In this document: piece after piece, positions 50,159 to 62,480 of the stretch | How positions within the stretch are numbered: the stretch's first letter is position 1 | Layout: every line of letters begins with the position of its first letter | NCBI RefSeq assembly: GCF_963921235.1 | Contig: NC_086097.1 | Span: 245,088,001-245,152,000, forward strand | Direction: 5' to 3' | DNA length: 64,000 nucleotides | Source of the DNA: Mobula hypostoma | Lineage: Eukaryota | The notes under the pieces: model-generated | The model's database searches: none | What the model was told of the DNA's origin: nothing | The model's input: only the letters and a program-made list of their open reading frames with translations | Position numbers and translations under genes: made by a program

Positions 50159-50674
50159 ATATATTCCTGTTTCTGCTCAACGTATGATAGCCTTTTCAAC
50201 TTTATTGGCTAGGAGAGCCATTTTACTGAAGTGGAAGGATTCTAATCCACCTACTGTCTTTTATTGGCTCTCCTCCATTATGTCCTGTTTAAGTTTAGAG
50301 AAAATAAGAAGTCGGACATTTGATACATCCTTTAAATTTGAGCAAATCTGGCGACCTTTTATTCAATATTTTCATTTGATTTGGTTTATTACTCTTCCAT
50401 TTATTTTTTTTTTGAAGTTTTAGATCTGATGAGAAAGTTTTTCTTTTTTTTGGTTGTATCCTCAGAATGGACTGCCCAGTTCCCTTTTTTTGTATGGTGT
50501 TGTGGGGGTCTTTTTTTTTCTTCATTTAAAATTCAAAGTCTTTTTTCTTTCCTCTTCATGAACTGTTAAGAGGAGAATTGCTGTTTTCTCTTTTATTATA
50601 TATTATATACTAGCTTAAACTATGTATGATTTTGATAATGTGTATTTCAATCTGTCTGTATTGGTATTGATATA

Positions 50675-52079
50675 CAAACCCCATTTCCAGAAAAGTTGGG
50701 ATATTTTCCAAAATGCAATAAAAACAAAACTCTGTGATATGTTAATTCACGTGAACCTTTATTTAACTGACAAAAGTACAAAGAAAAGATTTTCATTAGT
50801 TTTACTGACCAACCTAATTGTATTTTGAAAATATACACAAATTTAGAATGTGATGGCTACAACATATTCAACAAAAGTTGGGACAGAGGCATATTTACCA
50901 TTGTGTTACATCACCTTTCCTTTTAATAACACTTTTTAATCGTTTTGGAACTGAGGATACTAATTGTAGTAGATTTGCAATTGGAAATTTTGTCCATTCT
51001 TGCTTGATATAAGACTTCAGCTGCTCAACAGTCCGTGGTCTGATTCTCCTCTTCATGATGCGCCATACATTTTCAGTAGGAGATGGATCTGGACTGGCAG
51101 CAGGCCAGTCAAGCACATGCACTCTGTGTCTGCAAAGCCATGCTGTTGTAGCCCATGCAGAATGTGGTCTGGCATTGTCTTGCTGAAATAAGCATGGATG
51201 TCCCGGGAAGAGACATCGCCTTGATGGCAACATATGTCACTCTAAAATCCTAGTATACGCCCCAGAGTCAATGGTACCTTCACATACATGCAATTCACCC
51301 ATGCCGTGGGCACTGATGCACCCCCATACCATCACAGATGCTGGCTTTTGCACCTTTCACTGTTAACAATCTGGATGGTCGTTTTCATCTTTGGCACGGA
51401 GAACTCGACGCCCGTTTTTTCCGAAAACTAGCTGAAGTATGGACTCATCTGACCACAGCACACGGTTCCACAGTCTTTTGGTCCATCTGAGATGAGCTCG
51501 GGCCCAGAGAACTCGCTGGCGTTTCTGCATAGAGTTGATGTATGGCTTCCTCCTTGCGTAATACAGTTTCAAGTTGCATTTCTGGATGCAGCGACGGACT
51601 GTGTTGAGTGACAATGGTTTTCCGAGGTACTCCCGATCTTGCGTTGAGAAATGTTCCTGTTGAACTGACTAACAATGCTCTCACGAATTTTGGCACAAAG
51701 AGGTGAACCACGACACATCCTTGCTTGCAAAGACTGAGCCTTTGATGGACGCTACTTTTATACCCAGTCATGATACCTCACCTGCTACCAATTAGCCTGC
51801 TTAATGTGGAGTCTTCCAAACCGGTGTTACTTGGATATTCTGTGCACATTTCAATCTTATTTTAACTCTGTCCCAACTTTTGTTGAGTGTGTTGCAGCCG
51901 TCAAATTCTAAATTTGTGTATATTTACAAAATACAATTAAGTTGGTCAGTAAAACTATTGAAAATCTTTTCTTTGCACTTTTGTCAGTTAAATAAAGGTT
52001 CACATGAATTAACATATCACAGATTTTTGTTTTTATTGCATTTTGGAAAATATCCCAACTTTTCTGGAAATGGGGTTTG
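50675..52079 (-). mobile_element. Tc1-like DNA transposon (IR-DR type, long TIRs), transposase pseudogene
   Basis: TA|CAAACCCCATTTCCAGAAAAGTTGGGA ... TCCCAACTTTTCTGGAAATGGGGTTTG|TA with about 215-bp TIRs and an inner AAAAGTTGGGA repeat. Transposase motifs WSDES, FQQDNARPH and WPAASPDPSPTENVW. Confidence 0.95.
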
Positions 52080-52149
52080 TATATAAGATAATTCTCTTCT
52101 TGTTTGTATTTATGTTCCTTTTAAATCAATAAAAAGATTAATAAAGAAG

Positions 52150-52740
52150 GATGTCGAGAAAGGTGGTGAATTTAGTCAAGAAAAAGAAAGAAGCATATAA
52201 AGCCGTAGTTAGACCGTGCTTGGAGTATTGTATTCAGTTATGGTCATCTCATTATAGGAAGGATGTGGAAGCTTTAGAGAGGGCATAGAGGAGGTTTACC
52301 AGGATGCTGCCTGGATTAGAGATCTTATTTTATGAGGATAGTTTGAGTGAAGTAGGGCTTTTCTCTTTAGAGAGGATGATGAGGAGTGACTTGATAGGAG
52401 TGTATAAGATAAGAGACATAGAGTAGACAGCGAGAATCTTTTTATCGGGCAGAAATAGCTAATATGAGGAAGCATAACTTTTAAGGTGTTTAGCAGAAAG
52501 GAGTGGAGAGGGGATGTCAGAGGTAGGATTTTTACAGAATGGTAGGTATGTGGAACACGCTTACAAGGGTAGTGGTAGGGGCATACATTAAGGACATTTA
52601 AAATACAGATAGCACATGGCTGAAAGAAAACTGGAGAGCTATGTGAGGGGGAAGGGTTAAATTGATCTTGGAGTAGGTTAAAGGGTCGGTGCAACATTGT
52701 GTGCTGAAGGTCCTGTATTATGTTGTAATGTGCTATGTCA
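52150..52740 (+). mobile_element. CR1 3' fragment
   Basis: cttggagtattgtattcag...tttaccaggatgctgcctggattag... followed by the CR1 3' UTR. Confidence 0.8.
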
Positions 52741-54489
52741 AGTTTAGATTCTCTTCTAGCTTTATAATCTTCAAAGACACTGCTTCCTAAACCTGATGAA
52801 GGGTCTAGGCCTGAAATGTCAACTGTTTATTTTCTTCCATAGATGCTGCCTGACCTGCTGAGTTCCTCCAGCAGCTGCAGAATCTCTTGTGTCTATTAAT
52901 ATGCTAGATGATCTCTTGTATTCTGAGCCTTCACGATTAAAGACAAGGATCTCATTAACTGTCTTAACCACCTTCAGTATTCGAACTCTAATTTCATTCT
53001 GCGTCACCAAGCTTTGACACTTTTGAGTTCTTGGTTTTTGTTATAAGCTTCTCTTTTTTTTAAGCTTTATCCTAACTTGTATAATCTCTACGGATGTGTC
53101 CATTAAATTCTGTTCTTTCCCTCCTACCATTTGTCACAGAGAAATTTCTTACAAATTGAGAATTTTCTCTTTCACACTTGGTCTTCGCCATTGGAAGTTC
53201 TGCCATAGTGTCTATCCAGCAACTTTACTCCCATTTGTTTGATGTTCTTTTCATTGTATGCATCCCCTTTGTAAAGGAAGATTGAAAAATCAGGAGACTG
53301 CAGGTGATGAAATTCTGAAGTAAAAATAATGCTGGCACATTCAGTGGATCAGGCACCACTTGTGAAAAGAGGAATTGCTGATATTTCAGGTTGATGATTC
53401 TTCATCGGGTCAAGTCATGATGGAGTCTTGTCCCAAAAGATCAATTTCATTTCCCTCCAACCTTCTAAGTTCTACCAACATTTTCTGTCTGTTGCTCTTC
53501 ATCAGAGTTGTTTTGATGAAGGATCTCTGACCTGAAACAATAGTTGTATCCCTTTCCACAGATGCGGCCTGCCTGGCTGAGTACCTTCAGCATTTTGTAC
53601 ATATTACTGATAAACCACCCTTGACTTTACCCCTCTCTTATAAATTGGCCCTTGTGCATAATTAGCATTTGTGCTTTAAACAGATCTATTATAAAGGTGT
53701 AAAGATCATAAAGTCTGCTGCAAAACTAATAAGATATAGGAACAGAATAAGGCCATTCAGCCCATTGTGTCTGCACTGTGATAATAAACCTGATTCTGAT
53801 TTTGAAGATATTGAATATATTTTAGAGCAATTCTAGTCGTAGTATCACTTGTATTTTTAGTTATGAAGCAATCCATTGCCAAAAACATTCATCTTGTCAA
53901 ACGGTCACCAGAAACCTTTTCTATTTTGCACCTTTTTTTTGCTTAATTCTCAAATGTTGCTTTAAGAATGGAGTCTGTTCAAGGTGTAACCACCATTCTC
54001 ATATCAGCAGGAACTCTTATCTCCTGTTTGCAGTGCAAGAATTTTATAAGCAAAGGGACTCATTTAATGGGTTGGACTTGCAATCTCTTGCACTTATTCG
54101 ATCAATACAACACTATCATTGCTGTTTTGGATCTTCATTTGGCCCAGAATCACTCCACTGTTTCAAATTACTTTTCCTTCTGGGATCTAGAAATTATGGC
54201 TGTCTCCCTTCCTCCTAAAATCTTAAAGCTTTTAAATTTGTTTTATGCATCCTAGTTGCAGCTTTATGGTTTAGCTTTTCTATTTACAATGTAATAAGAA
54301 ATGCAAGACTGATTTCCTTCATCACCTCAGGCCGATTAGATGTAATTTGCTGTCTGCCTTAATTTTGATTGCCAAGATTACGACTTTACATTTTATTTTC
54401 ATTGACTTAAGTCGGTCAGTGGTCATTTTCACCAAATGTCCATCTTATAGTTTTGTATCCTTGGTGTAAGATTGTATTTTCTGATACAG

Positions 54490-54611
54490 ATCTGTGAGAC
54501 CGAGGTTAACCATCTACGTCTGCCAAGAATCACAGCGCGCACGAAATGTTTCACAGCTGGCTGGATCACATGATAGTGAAAATGGTGAGGGCGACAGTCG
54601 TGCAATATATG
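54490..54611 (+). CDS. UBP1: UBP1 coding exon: (R)SVRPRLTIYVCQESQRARNVSQLAGSHDSENGEGDSRAIY(V)
   Basis: Acceptor gatacag| and donor |gtaagt. Length 122 nt, phase 2 to 1. VRPRLTIYVC motif. Confidence 0.93.
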
Positions 54612-54879
54612 GTAAGTATTTTTATGTAACCTTGTTTGGAACGTACTGGAGAAAATAGATTATTTAGATATTTTCTCATTTTGACTTGAACTTTGGGTAT
54701 ATTGTTGGTTGAACATTAATAGAAAATGGGAGACCGATTTCTAGGGACCTGATTCTTGTATACACTGGATTCATTGTGCTTAATCCCTTTAAGGCATTGT
54801 TGAGGGACGTTTGCATCAGTCTTCACTGTGGAAGGTACTAACTGTATTGCAGAACTTTGAAACTGTCAAGGAACAGAAG

Positions 54880-56530
54880 TGAGTGTAATCGCTATTACTA
54901 AAGAGATGGTGCTTGGAAACTGAAAGATCTGAAGGTAGATAAGTCATCTGGACCAAATGGACTACACCCGAGAGTTCTGAAGGAGATCGCTGAAGAGAAT
55001 CCAGTGGTAATGATCCTTCAAGAATCACTGAATTCTGAAATGGTTCTGCAGTACTGGAAAATTGCAAATGTTACTCCACTCTTTAAGAAGGGAAGGTGGC
55101 AGAAGAAAGGAAATTATCACCTACTTAGCCTGACTTCAGTGGTTGGGAAGTGTTGGAGTCCATTATTGAGGATGAGCATTTTGGCCAGTTGGAGGAACAT
55201 GATAAAATGGGTCAACGCTAACAGTGTTTCCGTAATGGGAAACCTTGCTTGACAAATCTGTTGGAGTTCTTTGAGGAAATAGCAAACAGAATAGACAAAG
55301 GAGAGTCAGTGGATGTTGTTAACTTGGAATTTCAGAAGGCCTTTGATAAGGTGCTGCGCATGAGGTTGCTTAACAAGGAAAGAGCCCATGATATTACAGG
55401 GGAGATACTAGCATGGATAGAAGGTTAGCTAACAGGCAGGAGGCAAAGAGTTGGAATAAAGGGGGTCTTTTCTTTTTGGCTGTGGGTGACTAATGGTGCT
55501 CTGCAGGGGGTGCTGTTGGTACCACTTTTTTCATGATAGATGTCAATGATTTGGATGACGGAATTGAAGGCTTTGTGGCCAGGTCTGCGCATGATCTTAA
55601 GATAGTGAGAGGGAAGGTAGTGTCGAGGAAGCAGGGAAGCTACAGAAGTCTTAGACAGATTAGGAAAATAGGCAATGAAGTGGCAGATGTGTATCTGCCA
55701 GTGTTGGGAAGTGTATGGTCATGCACTTTAGTAGAAGAAGTAAAAGGGTAGACTACTTTCTAAACGGGGCAGGGGGGTGGGTGTAGAATCAAAAATCCAA
55801 GGAGTAAATATCTTGGGAGTCCTTGTGCAGGTTTTCCTAAAGGTTAACTTGCAGGCTGAGTCAGTGGTGAGGAAGGCAAATCCAATGTTAGCATTCATTT
55901 CGAGAGAACTAAGATATAACAGCAAGGATGTAATACTGAGGCTTTTGCTCTTGTATCTGAAGCTTTATAAGGCATTGGTCAGACTGCACTTGGAGCATTG
56001 TGAGTAGTTTTGGGCCCCTTAACTAGGTATTGGAGAGAGTCCAGAGGAGGTTCATGAGTGTCATTCAGGGAATGAAAAGGTTAACATGTGAGGAGCGATT
56101 GATGGCTCCGGGCCTTTACTTGCTGGTGTTTAAAAGAATGAGGGGATATCTCATTGAAACATATCAAATGTTGAAAGGCCTAGATAGGGTGGACATGGAG
56201 GGAATATTTCCTATAGTGGGGGAGTCTAGGACCAGCAGGCACAGCCTCAGAATAAAGGGATGCCCATTTAAAACAGTGATGAGGAGGAATTTGTTTAGCC
56301 AGAGGGTGGTGAATCTGTGGAATTCATTGCCCAAGACAGCTGTGGAGACCAAGTCATTGGGTATATTTAAAGTGGAGGTTGGTAGGTTGTTACTTAGTCA
56401 CTGCGTCAAAGGTTATGGGGAGAAGGCAGGAGAATGGAGTTGAGTTTGGTAATAAATCAGCCATGACGGAATTGTAGAGCTGACCCAATGGACCAACTAG
56501 CCTAATTCTGCTCCTTTGTCTTATGGTCTA
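54880..56530 (+). mobile_element. CR1 LINE ORF2 3' half
   Basis: WKIANVTPLFKKG, ERVQRRF and RNLFSQRVVNLWNSLP, with a CR1 tail ending cttatggtctaa. Confidence 0.88.
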
Positions 56531-57439
56531 AGATAAGCAGGTCATTTTGTACTTGCTGCGTCCAATTCTGGTTGCCATATCTGAGGACTAATGTGAAGCT
56601 ATTAGTGTCAAGAAAATATATAACGTCATAGAGCAGTACACCACAGGAAAGGCCCTTCAGCCCATGCCGAGCAGTTATTCTCAGTCCCTCCACCCCTTTC
56701 ATCCTTGTACTTATCCGAAGTGGGATCATAGAGCATTATAGTAGAGAAGCAGGATTTACTAGAATGATCCTAGGAATAAAGGACCTCAACTGTAAGGTTT
56801 GGCTGGAGAATCTGTAATTAATCAGCATAGATCAAAGAAGATTAAGAAAGGGTAGCAGCAGACACACATAAAACAACTGCTGCAATAACTTGGGTTAAGC
56901 AGCGTCCATGGAGGCAAAAGGTCGAGACCATGAATCAGGTTGAGAGGAGGCTGGATTGAGGTGGACAAGTTTGATTTAGATGGTGGCTGTTCCTTTAAGT
57001 GAATGTTTCAAAGATCAAAGGTCACGTGCTCAAATCTGTGGGCAAATGTTACAAAGAAGATGTGAAGAAGAGTTTTACCAGAGTGCAAGTTAATTTCTGG
57101 AGTTTGCTGCCTCTGGAAGGGTCAAAGAAATTGGAGCCTTTATAAAGGGAATTGAGGCAATTGGAAGCATAATTTACAAGATGAACTGATGTGCTAGATG
57201 CCAGCAGAGCTTTGATAAGCCTATACATTGGTAATTGATGCAGCCACCAGCTCTCAAATGGCCTAGCAAACCATTCTTTTGTATCAACCTGACAAAAACA
57301 CAGCCAAATCTTAATTAAATGATTAAAAGGTTTGTATTTTAGAAGTGCAGTTTCTTGTTGAGCAATAACTTCATAGTCATGGCAACAAAATAGAATTGGT
57401 TTTGTGGTGTAAGTTGCGAAGAGTTTTGATTTTTCATAA

Positions 57440-57915
57440 TACAATGTTTACTCTCTTGATGATTCCCTAGTCGGCCCTTCAGTTCCCATATTACAAAGCC
57501 TTCCTTTGCCTTTTCACTACCTACCAATCAGGAATCCAAGCAGCCTTTTGAGGTGAAACTGATTTATTTGGATTCCTTCCAATCTAATACAATGAACTGT
57601 GTGTTCAGAATGTGGTGGTTGCTACACTGGAGAAACAAAATGCATATTAGGTCATTGTTCCTCTGGAACATCTACTCTTGGTTTTCAGGATGACTTCTAT
57701 TCCATAAGTTGAGTTGGTTTCACGCCATCTGAAATATTCTCGTTAATCCTTCTCCATTTCACTGTTGCTGACAGCTAACTTGGTTTTCCCTTTTCCAAGT
57801 TTTGATAAAGGGTCTTGAGCCCCAAATTTTACCTGCTTCTCTTTCCACAGATGCACATTGACCTGCTAAGTTTTCCAGAATTTTCTATTTTTCAGATTTC
57901 CAACATCTCCAGTTT
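57440..57915 (+). mobile_element. Highly decayed Penelope-like element (GIY-YIG remnant plus terminal repeat)
   Basis: tgtggtggttgctacactggagaaacaaaa reads C.GCYTGETK (a YIGET-like motif). Downstream tgataaagggtcttgagccc is a decayed hammerhead-type repeat. Confidence 0.5.
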
Positions 57916-59238
57916 TTTTTTTATCTCTTAAGATCAGCCATTATCTATACATCTGAATCTGATTGCAAGTTAGTTTCATTCATTGCATTTATGTTTCTTA
58001 GTATATTGATGCAGTCAGATCATTACTGAGGTGAGGATTCCTTTCCTGTAAGATGTCAGTGGAACAGTTTTCTTTTGCAGTTTAGTACTTCGTGGTCGCC
58101 ATTACTGTTGACACATTTATTTGGAGACTTTTTTGGCCTCATCAGCCTCTGGATTTCTCTGTATAGAAGTGAGGAAATTCAAATGGTTCAATTTAATATC
58201 AGAGAATGTATACAGTATACAGCCTGAAATTCTTACTCTTCGCAAACATCCACGAAACAGAAAAAAACCCAAATGTGAATGACAGAAACATTAGAATGCC
58301 GAAGACCCTCTCTCCCCTTCCTGCCTCCCACACAAAAGCAGCAGTTGCTACTTTGCTCTTGAGTTTGTTGGTTGTTAACACAGATGGTGCATTTCACTGT
58401 GTGTGATGTGGCGTGATAAATAATCTGACTCCGAATCCCATTGATTTGAATTGAAAGCAAAGGCTGTAAGGGATTGAAACAAACAACTTCAGCCATTATT
58501 CAGACTAATTTAACTTTTATTTATTTAAATACTTTAGTTTTTTTTGGCTTTGAAATGTTTATAAATTGTCAAAACTTAAAAGTTTTGACAGTTCTGGCTC
58601 AGGCAGTATTTTGTTTAGCTGGTCGGTATTTTAGCTCCCCCCTTTGTACAATATCCGGAAAGCCATCTCACGCGCAAAGTGACAATTCTGAACCAAAGTT
58701 GAATCATTGAAGGATGCTTATTGAAGCAGGTCTTGAATGCTATTATCCTACAAAGTAAAACCAAGTGACAATAAGTCTTGGCTCCCAAATTAACTCAATG
58801 CCTTTTATGCTCACTTTGACCTCCACTTTGTGGAGGAACATTTACAAGCTCTCACAGTCCCCAATGACCCTGTGATTTCAGTCTCTGAGGCCAATGTGAG
58901 GCCTTCATGAAGGTAACACTCAGAAAGCATCCTGCTCAGACGGCCGAGTACTAAAGGCCTGTGCTGATCAACTGGCTGGAATATAGGGCAATGTCACAAA
59001 AGAACGGACCAGCTTTCTCCCACAAGCTGGCACTGGAAGCATCAAAAACATGGATATTCCACGTTATTTTAGGTCAACTAGCTTATTGCAGACTGTAAAT
59101 TCCATCTTATTTGATTAAATTCATATTTTTCATCTGTCAGAGTGGAGTCTAAATTTACAGTTACAATTTTATTTTTTTTTATTAGGCAGGAATTTGTAGA
59201 TCACATTTTAAAACATTTTTATTCTGTTTTCTTTCCAG

Positions 59239-59381
59239 TGTATCATGCCATCTACCTGGAAGAACTGACAACTGCAGAACTTTCCAAAAAGATTGCAACT
59301 GTCTTTAGCATATCCCAAAATCAGATAAATCAGGTTTACAGACAAGGTCCTACAGGTATTCATGTTCTTGTCAGCGATCAG
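59239..59381 (+). CDS. UBP1: UBP1 coding exon (ubiquitin-like C-terminal domain): (V)[47 protein letters not shown]
   Basis: Acceptor ctttccag| and donor |gtaagt. Length 143 nt, phase 1 to 0. YHAIYLEE...[12 protein letters not shown] motif, seen in ORF 59142..59462. Confidence 0.95.
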
Positions 59382-60519
59382 GTAAGTGACAAGTCTGAAG
59401 GTCATTTATTAATGCTAACAACTGCTGCCACTGTTATGAGCTGGATCGAAGCCTGTCTGTAATTACATTGGTTCAGTGGATGACACATGTCTGAGTCAGT
59501 GGATCATGGATTTCAACCATAAACAAAATGTACGCATGTCCTGGATCAAGTCATTATAGGCAGATTTGATCTGTGTTTAAGGTGATCCTGTTGTAGATTC
59601 ACTGGGTTGATACCTGAGGTGAGGGGTTTGTTTTTAAATTGTTTTTTTAGATTCGCAAGGATGGTTTTGGGAACAGAGATGGATTGGATTAGTGTTTAGG
59701 GACAGTATTGAGGGGGAATTAGATGTGAGGCTGGAGTCTGAAGTCTCCACTCTGTGTTTGAAGGCTAATAACACATCTGTGTTGGACATCCATGGTCAGA
59801 TGTTGTGCTGGCAGAAAGTAGGCGAGGCCCTCCAGGTCAGCAAGATGTTGGCAGATCCTAGAGTCATTTCTGTGCAGGCAGGCAGAACAAGTACTGTGAG
59901 CCCTCCCCGCCCCCGGAGTTTTCGAATCAGTGAAACAGGAGCTCACAAAGCCTAGTGTTCAGGGTGCCGTCACTGGTGAGTCCAGAGTTCAAGGCCTGGT
60001 GTTCGATACTTGGCACGTTGTGGGGTTGTTGCTGAGGACTGAGGTCCAAGGGTTGAATCTGTTGTCCAGAGCTGAGTCTGCTGGGAATGTTGAGCCCCCA
60101 GTCTATAGGCCTGAGGTTTGCTGGAGGCCAAAGAAAGTGTCCTGTCCTAGGATCAAAGGACCGTTTATGTGTGTGTGGGGGGGGGGGGGAGAAACAGGGC
60201 TTGTTTTGCTGCTATTTATTTTGTTGCTTGTTTTCTGTGTTGTTCTGCTGAGCATTGTTGGTACCAGAACGTGTAGAGACATTTGTGGGCTTCCCCCAGC
60301 ACATCCTCAGTGTGTTGATCAATGACATATTTCACTGTATGTTTTGATGTACACATGATAAATAAATTTGAATCTTGAATCTAGAGGATTTCATGTACAG
60401 TATTTTTTTCAGCTTGCATAAAGAATATTACATAGAACAGTACAGACCCATGATGATGTGTCAACCTTTTAGATGGCTCTAGTCTGTTCTAGTGTGTTTA
60501 ATTTAGATAACTGTATCCT

Positions 60520-60945
60520 TTTACCAGGATGCTGACCAGATTAGAGGGCATATGCTATACGGAAAGGTTGGATAAACCAGGGTTATTTTTTCTGGAGCGG
60601 CTGAGTGGAGACCCAATTGAGGTTTATAAAATTGAGGCATAGGTAGACATCTTTCTTCCCGGGGTTGAAATGTCTAATACCAGAGGGCATGAGTTTAAGG
60701 TAAGTTCAAAGGAGATGTGCAGGTCAAGTGTTTATTTTATACAGTGTTGGGTGCTTGGAATATGCTGCCAGGGTGGTGACAAAGGTAAATTCTGTTCAAG
60801 AGGCTCATGAATGCAGAAAATGGAAGGATATGGACGTTTGATAGTCAGATAGCATTCATTTAGTTGGGCATTTGATTACTAATGTAATTAGTTTAGCACA
60901 TTGTTATGGATCAAGGGGATTGTTCCTCTGCTGTAGTGTTTTATG
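60520..60945 (+). mobile_element. Decayed CR1 3' fragment
   Basis: tttaccaggatgctg...gaggtttataaa...agagggcatgagtttaagg. Confidence 0.7.
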
Positions 60946-61014
60946 CAATGAAATAACTGCTTCTTACGCTGCAGATATGTGTTAACAACTTTGCTTATTG
61001 TGTCTTATTTCTTG

Positions 61015-62480
61015 GACCATAAGACATAGAAAAATTAGGCCATTCAGCCCATCGAGTCTGACTTATGCTTCTCCCTCTCAAATTGCAGTATGGAATTCAA
61101 TCATATTACGATCACTGACTCCTAAGAGTTCTTTTACATTAAGGTCTCTAATAAGATCTGAGTTATTACACAACACCCAATCTAAGATTGGGGGGCTGCT
61201 GCAGAGGGTTGTAAGTTTAGTCGGCTCCATCTTGGGTACTAGCCTACAAAGTACCCAGGACATCTTGAAGGAGCGGGGTCTCAGGAAGGCGGCGTCCATT
61301 GTTAAGGACCTCCAGCACCCGGGGCATGCCCTTTTCTCGCTGTTACCATCAGGTAGGAGGTACAGAAGCCTGAAGGCACACACTGAGCGTTTCAGGAATA
61401 GCTTCTTCCCCTCTGCCATCTGATTCCTAAATGGACATTGAACCCTTGGGCAGTACCTCACTTTTTTAATATATATTACTGCTGTTTTCGGCACAATTTT
61501 TAAGCTATTCAATATATGTATACTGTAATTGGTTTACTTATTTATATGTTGCATTGAACTGCTGCTGCTAAGTTAATAAATTTCACGACATGTGCCGGTG
61601 ATAATAAACCTGATTCTGATTCTGAGATGGCCTTTCCCTGAGTAAGCTCAAGCATGAGCTGCTCTAAAAAGAAAAAGCCATCTCGTAGGCATTCAACAAA
61701 TTCCCTCTCTTGCAATCCAACACCATCCTGATTTTCCCAATCCTTTTGCATATTGAAGACCCCATTACAATTGTGTCATTGCCCTTACTACATGCATTTT
61801 CCAGCTCCCTTTGCAATCTCAACCCCACATCTTGGCTACTATTTGGAGGCCTATATATGATTCCCATAATGGTATTTTTTTTTACCCTGCAGTTTCTTAA
61901 CCCCACCCACAAAGATTTGACATTCTCTGACCCTATGTCACCTCTTTCTAAAGATGTAATTCCATCTCTTACCAACAGGGCCACTCCACTGACTATGCCT
62001 TCCTGCCTGTCCTTTCGATACAAAGTATATCCTTTGATGTTAAGCTCCTGGCTATGGCCTTCTTTCAGCCACGACTCAGTGACGCCCACAACGTCATACC
62101 GACCATTCTGTAATTACTTCACGAGTTCATCCACCTTATTCTGAATGCTACGCGCATTTAAATACAGCACTTTCAGTTGCATTCTTCGCCCTTTTTAATT
62201 TTGCCTCTATGGTACAATTTAACTCTTTGCTCTGTCTGCACTTGTATCCACTCATTGTCCTTCCTTACATTCATGTTACATCCATCATCTACTTGTAAAC
62301 CTGCTGGCTCAACCTCACCTCTATCCTACTGGTTCCAATCCCTTGTCTTGTAGTTGAAACAACCCCCAACAGCTCCAGTAAATCTTCCCACAAGAATATT
62401 GGTTCCCCCTTGCATTCAAGTGGAACCTGTCCCCTTTTTACAGGTCACAGCTGCCCTAGAAGAGGTCTCAATTATCCAGA
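61015..62480 (-). mobile_element. CR1 endonuclease-region fragment interrupted by Rex1/Babar
   Basis: GVTESWLK...IYRPPNS in ORF 61664..62089. LDWVL...SDRNMIEF resumes at about 61080-61185. Confidence 0.8.
61187..61625 (+). mobile_element. Rex1/Babar LINE 3' end with (ATTCTG)n tail
   Basis: HPGHALFSLLPSGRRYRSLKAHTERFRNSFFPSAI, then aataaacctgattctgattctga. Confidence 0.85.

Larger units (their letters stand above)
49465..52150 (+). mobile_element. L1-clade LINE 3' end (ORF2 CCHC region plus T-rich 3' UTR), host to two insertions
   Basis: HFSRYLQIRNF, QFKVVHR, CDRC...LTHMFWSC and FEQIWRPFI. The 3' UTR resumes after the Tc1 and ends aataaaaagattaataaagaa. Confidence 0.85.

Noticed and set aside
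44333..57830. Functional ribozyme calls for the copies at about 44333, 45945, 52792, 53513 and 57802
   Set aside because: Each has substitutions in the catalytic core, the cleavage triplet or stem I, so they are treated as decayed family members only.
19937..59381. Calling the gene TFCP2 or TFCP2L1
   Set aside because: The 36-aa [10 protein letters not shown] exon and the [13 protein letters not shown] and SNSSSPNHQG residues fit UBP1 better. Phylogeny and synteny would be the formal test.
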